From assembly GCA_964016885.1 (NCBI GenBank), contig OZ024746.1:89962001-90026000 (forward strand): 64,000 nucleotides of DNA. The letters are read 5' to 3'. Below are positions 43,351 to 57,460 of the stretch, in pieces. Each line of letters begins with the position of its first letter. The first letter of the stretch is position 1. Both the position numbers and the translations under genes were made by a program. The notes under the pieces were generated by a model. It had not been told where the DNA came from, made no database searches, and saw only the letters and a program-made list of their open reading frames with translations. Source of the stretch: Eledone cirrhosa (taxonomy: Eukaryota).

Positions 43351-44851
43351 TGAACTAACATGTGTTCAAATTGTTATTTCATGTGTATACGTGTTGCCTT
43401 GTGGGTCTTTATTTGCTGAAAAATTATTCCACATGAACAGCTCAAATTCAATTCATAATTAAAAAAGAAAATTACCATAAGCATTCATCTTGCACATGTT
43501 GTCCTTTTCCAAACCTGCATTGAAATATTCAAGAAGCAAGACGTTTTCAGGACTAGGAATAAATATTATACACCCTGGTAAATCTTGGTATAATGCTATC
43601 ATTCATTCCTGACTATTCTCCACAATAATATGAACACCAATGCTTTGTGATTACACCAGATGATTTATGAACTATATCCGGAGAGAGAAAACTACACCCA
43701 ATTACTATTCCACCCATTCGGCTTACCTTTTACAGAAGAATGTATAGGCAGCTTCTCTAATAGAGAGATGAGATTAACCACTAACTCCAACCGCCACAAA
43801 GTGCACACAAACAGACAGCAAACACACATTTAAATCACCCTTATATACCACGCAGCACACATTTACACACACACATGTCCCATAGATTTTTATTCAAACA
43901 ATTCTATATCCACCCTATCGCATCCATCGTTCTCTCCCTGTGAAGATGTAGCTTTACATGCACACAATTTGCATAAAAACATACGCATACATCTGCATCC
44001 ACGGTCGTTGGACCACTGTCTTATTCCACATACAACATTCTGATGCATGCACACCCTTATGTCTCCCATTAAACAGTACAAGCACACATGTTCCTCTACG
44101 CAACCCTGAGGATGGTAATGTATTTCTATATTTTCAGTGCGCATGCTTGTTCACATGGCACCTAATGCCAGGTAAGTGGCACCGTATATATTTGATGTTT
44201 CGCAACATTTACTATACCTCACCCATTTACTGTCTTTATCCCACTCCAAGCCGCTGGTTGCGGTTTTACGCCTTATTGTCGTACCTGGAGCAAAAGAGCT
44301 TCTCTTACGGCCACACCATAAATTGAAATATATAAGGCCACGATCATATTGGCTTCCGCATCCGTTTTTCTGTAAGTTTGTGTACGCAAACATTCATATA
44401 TATATTTGTAAACCTCCCTGCGATAGGCACCTCACGCAAGCACTCACTCACACTTCTAAACTTACATATCCGATCGCTACTTATGGTCCAGCGGCCTTCC
44501 TTCGAACTAGTTGAACAAGCAAACGAACAAACCTACGCAAGCACACACATGTCCACTTAAAATATACAAAGATTATGTTCTCTTCATAAACTCACTAATA
44601 TATAAATGCCTAACATTTCCACTGCCCATCATATCTCTAAATTGATTGACTGAATGCATGTGCTTTTTCTCAAACACCTTTTCCTGTTGCTACCTCTTCT
44701 CACTCTACATACATTTTGTTTGTCATTCTGTCTTCTGATAAATAGTATGTTTCGGAATCATGTTATGCACACACACACACACATCCACACACACACACAC
44801 ACACTCTCATACACACGCTCTCACGAGTCAACCAAACACACCCACACACAC

Positions 44852-44898
<47 letters not shown>

Positions 44899-44921
44899 CA
44901 CCCACCTAACCAACACGCACA

Positions 44922-45200
44922 CAGGCACGTGTCCTAGTGGTAAGGGTGTTGGACATACGATCATAATGTCATGGTTTCGATTCCTGGCTTGCGTAGTGTG
45001 ATCTTCAGCAAAACATTTTTCACGCTGATACATTATGCTTAAGTGAAAATGAGTACCAGCACAAGGTGGGAGTTTAATCCTGCGACGGATTGGCGTCCTG
45101 TCCAGGGAGGAATCGTGTATCTCTCAGTCGCTTCACACTATCAAACCAGATAAGCACCGGCCAAACGAGCCTTATGGCTTACGACATACTTTAGACTTAC
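44922..45200 (+). mobile_element. Second tRNA-derived SINE with a widely conserved central domain (Meta/V/Nin-type; exact assignment uncertain); decayed relative at ~18010-18200
   Basis: A-box cctagtggtaag, B-box ggtttcgattcc, central cctgcgacggattggcgtcctgtccaggg...gtcgcttca. Confidence 0.75.
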
Positions 45201-45239
45201 ACACGCACACACACGCACACACACATACACACACACACT

Positions 45240-45292
<53 letters not shown>

Positions 45293-45296
<4 letters not shown>

Positions 45297-45648
45297 ATAA
45301 TAATAAATTTGAAGACTAAAATCCAAAGAGGGCTAAGGATAAATATATATCAAATATATAAGAACCGTAGTGCAAATATTTATTAAGATAACAGATTAAA
45401 GTTTAAGCAAAGAATCGCTGCTTTCACCCTTAAAGGGATCTTCTGAAACTAACAAAGTCAATCTGTAAACGCAGAAGTGGATATTACAAAAAACGTTGCA
45501 ACCGGAGGAAGACAGGAAGACGATACTTTGGTTCGTGGAAACGTTTTTTGAAATATCCAGTTCTGCGTTTACAGATTGACTTTGTTAGTTTCAGAAGATG
45601 CCGTTAAGGTTGAAAGCAGCGATTCTTTGCTTAAACTTTAATCTGTTA

Positions 45649-45656
<8 letters not shown>
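45293..45656 (-). mobile_element. Foldback cassette (arms 45381-45497 / 45540-45656 plus tail 45293-45380); family also at 6463-6630 and 62712-62828
   Basis: Inverted repeat bounded by (TA)n; three related copies in the window. Confidence 0.75.
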
Positions 45657-45719
<63 letters not shown>

Positions 45720-45769
45720 ATATATACATATATATATGTGTGTGTGTGTGCATGTACGATACTATGCGC

Positions 45770-45812
<43 letters not shown>

Positions 45813-45857
45813 ATACGTATATATATATATATATATAATGAATACGTATATATATAT

Positions 45858-46985
45858 AAGAGAGAGTATTGAAGTTTGCTTGAAGTATTGTGGAATAATA
45901 AGATTTATTTTCTTTCGGACGTTTTGGAAGCCTCAACAATGCAGATGAGTAATTCTCCGGGTAACAGGATCCGGTGGTGAAGAAAGAGATGTAAGGGAAT
46001 GTAGAATGAGATGTCTAGTGTGTCGAGGAACGTAGGAAAGAGCGTAACAAATGAAAATAATAACACGAGATAGATTTACCTTGGGGGAGATTAATTGTCC
46101 CTATATTTCGGATTCCTATCCCTCAACTGGGGGGGGGGGTTCTGAGGAGGAGGGGGATTAGTTGTCGGAGAGGAACGGTACGTGTCCTCTGTTCGCTGTT
46201 TTTGACGAACTGATGTATTCAGCACAGCGCGGAATAAGTGCTGTCAAGCAAAGATCGACGGTCGAGGTAGTTCTTTTAATTGTGGGAGTGGGGGGGGGGC
46301 GTTAGCTGTCAATCCATGGTACTATTTATCTGTTTTGGTTTAGTAATGTAGTATATTCGTATGGTAGTAGTAGTCGTCTGCCTGGTCAGAGGAATGCTAC
46401 TGTTTATGTGTGTGAGTGCGGGTGTTGTTGTCTCGTTTGTTTACACAAACCACCTCATTTTGCTTCTCTCTGATCGGTTATTTATTTGTGGCCCTAGGCG
46501 TTTTATCCAAAGTGCTTCCTTGATTCGTAACTTGCCGACGTTGCGTTCTGTCGGTAGGACTGTGGCAATGGGCCTTCCGTCTTTCTTTCCGCATTTGGTT
46601 ATGTGTTGCCGGAAAGATGAAGCCCTGGTGTTGATGTGCTCCTTGATCCGGATGTGTAGCGGCCGGATTGTGCTATCGATATAGTAGTGGTTGCACTTGT
46701 CACATTCTACCTTATACACGACGTTTGTGCGTAACCAACAGTACGCATGGGGCAGTTTCTGAGGGTACACGCGTCAGTCGATTTCCCCGGTTTCCCGGAG
46801 AGGCGTCTTCGCAGGGAGGGGCTCGAATGGGCCAGGTGGATACCGAGGCCCTCCCTTCGTTTAGCCCTGCGGATAGCGTTGGTAGTATTCTCGCCCAGGT
46901 GTGTTATTTTAAGCAAGCACTTGCCTTTGGGTGTTTCTCTGCCTCTTGCGTCTGGTGTCTCTTATTCTGTTTGTGAGCGAGGCAG
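45858..46985 (-). mobile_element. 5'-truncated Penelope-like element: C-terminal GIY-YIG endonuclease plus 3' pseudo-LTR ending in (TA)n
   Basis: NVVYKVECDKCNHYYIDSTIRPLHIRIKEH...LRIKEALWIKRLGPQINNRSE (ORF 46441-46770). Confidence 0.88.
46099..46132 (-). ncRNA. Degenerate minimal hammerhead in the PLE 3' repeat
   Basis: CCC-CAGTTGA-GGGAT-AGGA-ATCC-GAAA-TA-TA-GGG; two core mismatches against CTGATGA. Confidence 0.55.
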
Positions 46986-47436
46986 GATACCCGTTCGTCT
47001 CCAGCACATTGAGAAATCTCTTGGTGTGGGTGACACTACTCACGGGATCCCTACATCTGTTTTTAAACATTTCATATATGTTTTCAACGTATACTTAAGA
47101 CACTGTAAAGAACCGCACTATGTTAGAGACATGTCTACTTACTTAACACGATATATTGTGATTGCCTCAAACACCTAGATTATTGCCTGTTATATGGAAA
47201 CTACAACTTTTATTCACATCTAATTCGGATTTCCGAAGGACAAGCAACCTCCAACATAATTGATTTCCCACATAATAGCCAATACTAACAGTCATAAGTA
47301 AATAAGACGCATATATTATTTTTATTTTAACTCCTAAAAGGGTACATATGTGATTATATAGGTGTGTATGCATGTGTGTTTATGTACTTACATGTGTGTG
47401 TGTGAATATTTATGTACATAGATATATTTATGTATG

Positions 47437-47476
<40 letters not shown>

Positions 47477-47542
47477 GGAAAAATTTGAACAGGGACAAAA
47501 CAGAGAGGCAGTACAACGAATGTTTATTAATTTCACGCTCTG

Positions 47543-47594
<52 letters not shown>

Positions 47595-47687
47595 CATATA
47601 TATGTATATGTGTGTGAATATGTGTAAGTACGTAGTTTTTACCACCTACATTTATAATTTTCACACCTCTTACAATCAGGACTATTA

Positions 47688-47862
47688 ATATTGTTTCTAC
47701 TTATGGCACAAGGCCAGCAATTACCCCAGTACATTACTGCTACTTTATTTTATCGACCTCGTAAGGATGAAAGGCAAAGTTAACCTCGACGGGATTTGAA
47801 CTCAGACCGTAAAGGGACGTAACAATGCTGGAAAGCATGGCGTCCTAACCTGTAGCGATACT
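47688..47862 (-). mobile_element. Octopus-type SINE
   Basis: Reverse-complement consensus match. Confidence 0.88.
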
Positions 47863-48392
47863 ATTATTACTGATAATCATACACATTCCCAAATGAACTC
47901 ATATCTGGTTACATATACGGACTTTTCACTAATAACACCAATAGTACCGTAAAATGAGGGGTAGTAGTAACCTGTCTACACTACTGCCGTTAAGGCGAAT
48001 TAGGTTACGTAATTTGCAACGCACCCCCCGCCCCTATTTTATAATTATATAACTTTATCATAGTTGGTTGTTAAAAACAACCGTACCAAATTGACCTGTT
48101 TCAGTTGACATAAGAAATTCAATAGATTTAGTATTGGAGTGTTGAGATAGTATCTGACCTTTGAGAGGAAGGTATATTCTACTGATGCTTGAATTTGTTA
48201 ATTCTCAATAAAATGCCAGCACTTCTTTGAGAAAACAACACCATAGTTCGGGACAGGGTATATCAAGGAACCGAAATAACGGAGGTGAATTCCTTTTACA
48301 CCATTATGTTTTTCTGTTCTTTCTGTTTAAGCTCTATCTGTCTGATGATGGCATAGCTGTTGAATAAACCTATTGACTTACACTTCATATTG

Positions 48393-48452
<60 letters not shown>

Positions 48453-48459
<7 letters not shown>

Positions 48460-48885
48460 ATTAAATAAATGGAAACTATATTTATAAAACCATATTTATT
48501 TCATTATATATATTTCGGGGATATCATATTAACAATATGCTATGCCTTCCTCAGACAAAATACAATATAAACAGTTTTATAGATAAATAGATTCGACATA
48601 CTTATTCGACTGCCAGCTTAAACCTCTTCAAATGGAAGTCGGTGTTATAACGGAATGTCGAATCTATTTATCTATAAAACTTTATATTGTATTTTGTCTG
48701 GGGAAGGCATAGCATATTGTTAATATGATATCCCCGAAATATATATAATGAAATAAATATGGTTTTATAAATATAGTTTCCATTTATTTAATATTGTAAA
48801 TATACTCCAAATATTTGTCGAGTGCTTTTATATCAGTTATAAATATTTACTAGTTGTAACCCAACAATTTTAAATATAACTTTCC
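48453..48885 (+). mobile_element. Foldback cassette (arms 48453-48600 / 48655-48798 plus tail 48799-48885) with HHRs at 48497-48562 (-, CTGAGGA) and 48690-48755 (+, CTGGGGA mutated)
   Basis: Inverted repeat; same family and same tail as 55071-55502. Confidence 0.85.
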
Positions 48886-48904
48886 ATATATATATATATA
48901 TATT

Positions 48905-49109
48905 TATTTATAACAAAGGAGATGTGGTAAGGAACCAGATGGACCAACACGCACCAAAATACTCAATACTTAGGGTAGTAGAGTGGGTAATAGGAACGTG
49001 TAGGACCCCGACGGCTGAGCTCAAGCCGTTTCGACGGCTAATTCTGGACTCTGTCCAGAATTAGCCGTCGAAACGGCTTGAGCTCAGCCCTCGGGGCCCT
49101 ACTCGTTCC

Positions 49110-49112
<3 letters not shown>
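48905..49112 (-). mobile_element. GC-richer foldback cassette (arms 48991-49049 / 49054-49111) plus tail
   Basis: 59-bp near-perfect hairpin containing the 3' half of an HHR-like motif (GTC-GAAAC-GGC); bounded by (TA)n. Confidence 0.7.
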
Positions 49113-49153
<41 letters not shown>

Positions 49154-49801
49154 TATATTAACGGCGTTTCGAAGAAGGCTTATCAATGGAGCGTTCTATT
49201 AAATGAAATATTATATATTTCAATGCAGGGTTTATAGAAAAGTTTAATAAGTTCTATTGCTCAAAGGAATGGATGATATATAGATGATCGGATGTTCCGT
49301 TGCACCGAATGAAATCGAAATGTATGTAATTAATTTTTAACTTCTCAAAGACGTAGCGATATAATCAAATTATCATTTATCACAAGAGACCTGCCAGTCA
49401 CCATTACATTGCGCTTTATTCTACAGGTCATTGACGTATATTTCTTAAATGTTTTATGTATGAGTTTGAAAGCAGAAGCAGGTTGGAAGAGATCCAGTTT
49501 GATCCTGTCAGCAACATCTCCAAAGGGTTTAAATACACAAGTCTCCGATATCTTAAATGACAGCAGAAGGGCTCCCATGAGCCACAACCTGAGTCCGGCC
49601 CACTTTCAATGTAAGAAGTTAAAGACCGAAACACTTGATCGCGAGTGTTTCTTTTCTAAAACCTGCTGTCCAGGTGACTTTAAAGTTCCTTTCCACCATT
49701 AATATATCATTTGGCAATAGCACCCTATCATTTGTTTGAGAAAGATCAGACTTATAGCATACATATTACCGACAATTTGTGATCTAAATCCATATATGAT
49801 A

Positions 49802-49887
<86 letters not shown>

Positions 49888-49905
49888 TAGGGATGAATGG
49901 ATATG

Positions 49906-50077
<172 letters not shown>

Positions 50078-52724
50078 CATATATATATTATATGCATATG
50101 ACTCGTGCAATTTTAATAATACATCATATGGTAGATACTATGTTGAATTTGAAATATTCGATGCCGCATGTTTATTATTTCTTTGCGTCCTTTTATTCAT
50201 GTTCCACCATGTTGTTTTAATTATATGTTTTGACGAAGTATATATTATATTGCAAACATCGACATTTAATTATGTTTTGCTTTAATTCTTTTCGACGTAA
50301 TGATATATCAAGGTGAAAATATGTTTTCGAGAAAATTGTCTGTTAAACTGGAAGTCAGTTCTGTAGTCATAAGTTATCGTTTTCCTGCATTAATGTTTGG
50401 TCGATTTTTTTCCGTTCTTTAGACAGAAACGTTAATATGATTCCTCATAACAATGATACATAAATTAAAACTAGTTCCGTATTAAATACCTAATTACATT
50501 GTCAGCTAGAATCTATTCGTTAGGGACTTGTCAATAGGTTCCCAAAATTATTTGTCATACATTCCAGTTCTTATCCAGAGATAATGGCATCATATAACAC
50601 TTTTATCCTCAGAATGTATCTGATATATTCATGTAACGTTATTTATTACTTTATAGAAAGTATTTCCATCTATTGTTTCTGTCCTTGATGGATCAGGATT
50701 TTTCACACACACGCATGCATGCACAGACGTACTCACGTATATATATATATATCATGGATACAGAAAAGTATATGGGAAAAGTAAAGGGAAAAAAAAACAA
50801 TAAAGAAATAGCGATATGTATTAGTTTGACATTAGCAAGAGTAGAGAGAGCATCTAAATGTTTTGGATGTTAGTGCTTCATCAGAAGACAACATAGGAGT
50901 TATAAGAAAAACAAACAAACAAAAAAAAAACAAGAAAAAAACCAGAAAAGTAGTAGAAAGTAAAAAAGAGGCAAAAATGGAGAGACAATTATTTTACGGA
51001 AGGAAAGCACGTATGTGTTTAATCGACCATTTTCGAAGTTCATATCAGAATGTATCGTAGATATAAAAGTGTTTTAAAGGCGATATAGTTCTTGTATATT
51101 TTTAGTTAGCATATGCTGTATGAGTGTCTATATATGTGTGACTATGTGTGTGTAGATGTAATTGTATGTGTGCGTCTGTTTGTTTGTAGAACCCTCTTTG
51201 GTTACGAAGGCCTGATATGTTACGGACAACGCACTGTTCCTGTTGAAAGTAAATAGATGTTAGATGTGCGCACGAGTGAACTAACAAATGCAGTTAGTAA
51301 CAAAAGGTAGCCGGTTGGGTTGTTACATAAGTAAACATGTATGTGTATGCGAATATTCGAACGCACACATGATGGCATTTCACCTATATATGTGTACTTT
51401 TGCATATATAAACAGGCAGCTATCCAAGTCCAAACGGTCTTAACTTGTTACAGAAATGGCTGACGTTTAGGCATTGGCAAACATATCCGTCATTACGCCC
51501 CTGCAAACTTCTGTGAGTATTTTCCCCAAAATATGAAGTGTGAAATCATTGCGTACGTGGAAGGGGATAGTGGCTGTGTCTGGTGTATTTGAATAAGTTT
51601 TGGGAACGATTGACAACTCGCTGCTACACGAGCGCGGTACCATGTGCATACGTTCGTATGCACCCTCAAAGAATTGCAATCAATTATTGTGTGTCCGTTT
51701 TTCATGCAAGAATATATGCATATGCGTACGCATATACGCAAGCACCAACGCCGATACGCATTTAGAAGTGTGTGTGAGTGAAATAATTCAAACCTGCTTT
51801 TATGGTATCTCGCTATAGGAAGGGGTAGGGTTTGAATCTGGGACATAAAGGAGTGAGGGCAGCTAGCTAGAGGCCTAAGTGATGTTAAAAATACGGGTGT
51901 GTTGAGAAACAAACGGGCATAAAAGAGAAATGTTCGATCAAAGGAGGAAAGGGCGCTGGAAGAGTAAGTTTGTAGTGGTTAATTGAGATTAAAGGGGCGG
52001 TCGCTGCGAATTTAGAGAGGTATGGTACGGTCAATAGGCATGGATGAAATACGGGCTGGGTTTCAGATTCCTCCTCTTCAGCCCAACGCCGACCATGATG
52101 GAACATTGAGGTATGGGTATTAAGTATATGATACGGATGAGGGGTCAAGGAGGTGAACTCTAGTTAGTAGTAGTTACTGAGAGTGTAGAAGATTGAATGA
52201 GAGAGGGGAGTAATGTGCGTGGTAGATAGATAGAGAATTATTCAGAAATTGGACGGGAGAGACAGGGCCAGTGAAATTAAGCTATTGGTATACACATTGA
52301 TCAAAGGAAAGAAACGAGGGAAGCCAACCGCGCGGCCGAAAGATGGCACCAATGGACTATAAAGATATAATAGTGCAAACGTCTATGTACATGAGTAGAA
52401 CATATTCCTTTCTTCGAAAAATTAGAGCAGCTGAAATGTTTGTTTGGGAAACGAAAGCTCAGATGAATTCAATACATTTTACTGAACACATGTAACAAGA
52501 ATGAATGGCGTCAATTTACTTAAACAGATTTGGTATAATATGTTACATTCCTGTAACTAATGTTTTAATTTTCAAAATATTCGCCTCGGATAATGTTATT
52601 ATAAATAGGTTTCTTGAGTGTTGATTTGAGATGGTAACCAATCCAAGGTGGTTCTCACATCTAATATTAATCTGAATTTATGGGAGTTATTCATGCTTCT
52701 ATATTTCCTATATTTCATTTGTTA

Positions 52725-52801
<77 letters not shown>

Positions 52802-53072
52802 CGATTGCGTGTGTGGGCGTATATGTGTGTGCGTATGTGTGTGTGTGTGCATGGCGTGAGTGTATGTGTGCCTGTGTTTCTTTGTGTATGTGTGCGTGTG
52901 TGTCTAAATATAGGCTAACATAGTTAATATAGTAAGAGCCTCCAAAATGCTTACTGAATTAAAAAATAATAGCTGATGCTGTAGGAACTCTGCCAATTTG
53001 TAGGCATATGTATGTATACACTTACACACACACACATACACTTACACTTACACACACGCACTCACACACACG

Positions 53073-53133
<61 letters not shown>

Positions 53134-53174
53134 ATACTTTGGGAGGGTCATGTACATAAACAAATTCAGAAACG

Positions 53175-53259
<85 letters not shown>

Positions 53260-53356
53260 TATATACACACAAATATATATATATATGTACATATGTATAA
53301 ACATATATTTATGTATACACACGCACACGCGCATACATACACTCACATGCACACAT

Positions 53357-53405
<49 letters not shown>

Positions 53406-54294
53406 TATATATATATATTTCGGTATAGACTATATAAAGCATTGCGAGATATGTAAAGCCTCTATATTGCATGTAAGATATATAATAGTCGGACAAGAAT
53501 AGTATAAAATAATGATTACAATATGAAACATTAGTGTCAGCAATAATATAATGGTCCCACTATAACGTATTTTCTATAATTCATTTTAAAAGAAGTTAAT
53601 GTAAACCTTGTATTTTTAGTTGTTTACATGATTCTCTGTGCATGCATTCTATATTTTTTCTCGATAGAAGTGTAAACCTTTCTTATATTACGCGTACAGT
53701 TATAATATGTTTCTTTTGCATCATACATTTACTTTGCAAATGAACCTTCCTCTTTTTGGTAACAAGTCACTTGTCTCTCCACCTCTTTCCTTGTCTACCT
53801 ATAGGTAATCCATTTTTATTGCATTTACATTAAACATACATGCATTAACACCCCCATCCCCCTTCACAACCATTCTTTTGTACTTCAAAATTACTCCCTT
53901 TGTTTATGATTGGCGTTCTCGTCATGTCGCCGCAGCATAAAAATACTATTGCACGTTCATGTACTTTTCTTTTCATTCAATTTCACGTTATTACCATTAT
54001 ATTCGTTTCTTCATTTCTATTTCTCTACATCTTAACGTGTCCTAGTTCGGTCACCATCTCTCATTTTCTATCATTTTCTTTCTCTCTCCATTAATTATTT
54101 GTTTCCAATTCCCTGTCTATTATTTTCATCGTTCTGTACCACTCTGAAAAATGATAATGGGATAATGTACACGCACAACTAAAAAACAAAACCAAAAGTG
54201 GACAGAAGTGATTTTCTAAAGTATTATATAGAGTAAACAAATATTATTATAATTATTTGCGTTGGAACACATGCATTTCAAATTTCATTACGAC

Positions 54295-54512
54295 TATGTA
54301 TATTGATAGCATTTTCTATATAACGTTGTATATACATATATGTACACAAATAATAGAAACGATTAATCCTGTACGCCAATCATAAATATATATGAATGCA
54401 TATGGATTATATTGTGTATTCATAAATCCAAACTCACACATACACACACGCGATGAGAAACGCACATACACAATCCCCAAAACGCACACACATGTTTATT
54501 TTGTTAAAACCC
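54295..54512 (+). repeat. Diverged dispersed repeat, second copy at ~56500-56712
   Basis: Shared ttgatagc.ttttctat...aatagaaacgat.aatcctgtac.ccaatcataaat...ttgttaaaac. Confidence 0.75.
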
Positions 54513-54867
54513 ACTATGATCCAGTTTGATTAATGTTTATTACAAATTTGACTTATTTCCTCATAAAGTGTTTGTACCTCATTTGCAACGACGCCGTCCC
54601 TAACGCCATGTGTTTATTAACGTTTCGATATATGCACAGCTTTATCTGCAGAATCAGAATAGTAATACTCCTAGCTTATTAATAGTGTGCTAAGGATTGG
54701 TCGTGAAATGTCATGGGACCAATACGTATATGACCATTCCAATTCTGAGGGCCTCAATCATTTATACACACACACGGATTTAGGTAATATATTTTTGGTA
54801 ACCAAGCATAACATATTTTCGGTAAATATGAAAGATAACTCTACTTCACGAGGCACAGTCTTGATTT

Positions 54868-54907
<40 letters not shown>

Positions 54908-55034
54908 TTATATACACGTGAACACACCCACACGCACGGACACATATATATATATATATATACCCGTGCACGCACACACACACACACGCACATATATATA
55001 TATATACCCGTGCACGCACACACACACAAACGCG

Positions 55035-55070
<36 letters not shown>

Positions 55071-55076
<6 letters not shown>

Positions 55077-55500
55077 ATTAAATAAATGGAAAACTATATT
55101 TATAAAACCATATTTATTTCATTATATATATTTCGGAGATATCATATTAACAATATGCTATGCCTTCATCAGACAAAATACAATATAAACAGTTTTATAG
55201 ATAAATAGATTCGACATACCGTTATAACACCGACTTCATTTGAAGAGGTTTAAGCTGGCAGTGAAAACATTTTACATAGAGAGAAAGAAAGAGAGAAAAA
55301 AGAAAGAAAGACAGAAAACGAAGAAAAAGAAGAAAAAGAAGAAAAAGAAGAAAAAGAAGAAATGCATGGAACAAAATAGAGAGATGGAAAGATAGATAAA
55401 GCGAAGAACTTCATAAATATACTCCAAATATTTGTCGAGTGCTTTTATATCAGTTATAAATATTTACTAGTTGTAACCCAACAATTTTAAATATAACTTT

Positions 55501-55502
<2 letters not shown>
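55071..55502. mobile_element. Cassette of the 48453 family: inverted arm 55071-~55412 joined to a direct tail 55415-55502
   Basis: Arm starts at the same base (TACAATATTAAAT) and the tail matches 48799-48885. Confidence 0.82.
55115..55180 (-). ncRNA. Minimal hammerhead ribozyme, intact core
   Basis: TATTTTGT-CTGATGA-AGGCATAGCATATT..AATATGATATCTCC-GAAA-TATATA-TA-ATGAAATA. Confidence 0.82.
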
Positions 55503-55598
<96 letters not shown>

Positions 55599-57376
55599 GG
55601 TAAACAGAAATAACAACATTACAGTATATGGAAGATGTGTGAGGCTAAATTGTTAGCCTTGCTTTCTTGAGTTTCACGAATCAGTCGTAATAAATGAACG
55701 TTATTTCTTCTTCGGTATTTAGTAGTCATTTCCACATCCCTCAATAGCAATATCTAGTTCTCAGCTTTTGGCGGTTTATATTACTTTATCATTGCAACCG
55801 AAGCCAAAGAGTTTCTTGTACATGACATGTAACACGGCTACGATCCTATTAACTACCCTCTCCGTTTCTTTACATCATCTCGTGACAGTTTCCCTACGTA
55901 CATGTATGGATGTCTACACAGAATTCCACATACATACGTCTCTGCAGTTGTCAGTACAACCATGCATGCACCCACACATTTATATTTTCACAACACCCGA
56001 CTTAGTAGTAGTTCAATGACCATTGTTTCCCTTATTAACAATGTACTTGTAAAGCTGGATTGTTTACAGTCTCTATTCTGAACAAGTAACTAAAGAGAAG
56101 ACTTCCAATGCTGGATAAACAGGATATACAAACACATAAACTGGAATTATTACATGATCCACATGACAGCTGCAGTCTCTCCGAACACGGAAGAGCCGAA
56201 CTCCCACTGTCACCCCCTCCTTCCCTCTCACCTTCCCCATCTCTCTATACTCGTTATGAACCGGTCAGGAACATGGACATATAATTAAAATATTAAGTGT
56301 AAAAGGCATTGATTGTAAGCAAAGGATACCGCTCTCCGTATAACAAATAAACTTGAGCTCATAGTTAAACTCTATAATTCCCATTAAAAAATTGGTGGTT
56401 ACATATGATATTGACTTGGATGTTGGAGTTAATATATGTTACACCAAATGTATCAGAGGATTAGCATATCATATCGTACACTCTCATGTTGGTTTCAACT
56501 TATGTATGTTGATAGCGTTTTCTATGTAATATTTCATATACCTATAACGACACGCACGAATAGAAACGATCAATCCTGTACTCCAATCATAAATGTGTAT
56601 GCATATGGATAACGTTGTGTATACATAAATCCACGTTCATGCATACACACACGTGGAGACAAACGCACATACACACTCATCAAATACGCATAGAATAGCA
56701 ATTTGTTAAAACTCGTTCTCTCGGGGAATTAATTCTCAACAATTTATTCCAGGAATAAAAAATGAATACATTTGGCGAAATCATCTACTTTGAATCAGCA
56801 CTTCAGTTAGTGTATTCTCTCGCTTTCTCGTTTACATTCCATTAATTTATTAGTTCTTGTTTTATGTTATGTTCTCAAAATAATTTATTTTCAGACCATA
56901 TTTTCAAATCATCTACTCGTAGCAGATGTTGCATAGAATCAATATATTTCGATCTGCATTGAAACACATTTACTCGCTAGCAAGAAAATTATTTCCGACG
57001 AATAATGTTTTTTCACCTCTACGGTATACTTCTGTGTTGTTATTAACATATATTTCTATATTTTTGTTATATTATGCTGAGATATGTTGCTTACATTCAC
57101 TACTAGCATGTTTTACATATCACTTTACATCTTAGTTACAAACTCAATTTTGGAAAACAAATATATTTAATGATTCTGTATCAGGAATCATAACTGCAAA
57201 CCTAGCAGCATGTTTTAGGACATGGTTTTACAACTACTTGATTCTGCGTTCAGTGCCATTCAGTTAAACCTTAAACAGGTGTCTTCTTTTATAGCGTCAG
57301 GGTGACGAATGTATTTTAAATAGAATACGTACATAAATATATTTATGTCAAAATATACACGTTATTGCTCACCCTG

Positions 57377-57460
57377 GTGCCCGATGAGGGGTATGTTTTC
57401 AAGAGACACATGTAATATAGACTGGTGGCCATACATTTATTCCGAAACAAAAGGTCGCAC
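57377..57460 (+). ncRNA. Hammerhead candidate (CCGAUGA variant, GUC site)
   Basis: GTGC-CCGATGA-GGGGTATGT...ATACATTTATTCC-GAAAC-AAAAG-GTC-GCAC. Confidence 0.6.

Noticed and set aside
45410-45625. CAGAAGA...GAAAGCAGC as hammerheads
   Set aside because: Core mismatch in both arms and no stem I or UH site; kept only as a foldback cassette
49400-49702. Higher-complexity stretch with an acceptor-like tttattctacag, possible host exon
   Set aside because: No recognisable protein similarity in either strand's ORF and no partner exons; needs RNA-seq or BLASTx
50830-50890. CTGATGA plus hairpin on the minus strand (also CTGATGA at 17873 and 48342)
   Set aside because: No correctly placed GAAA box or stem I partner; at most truncated relics
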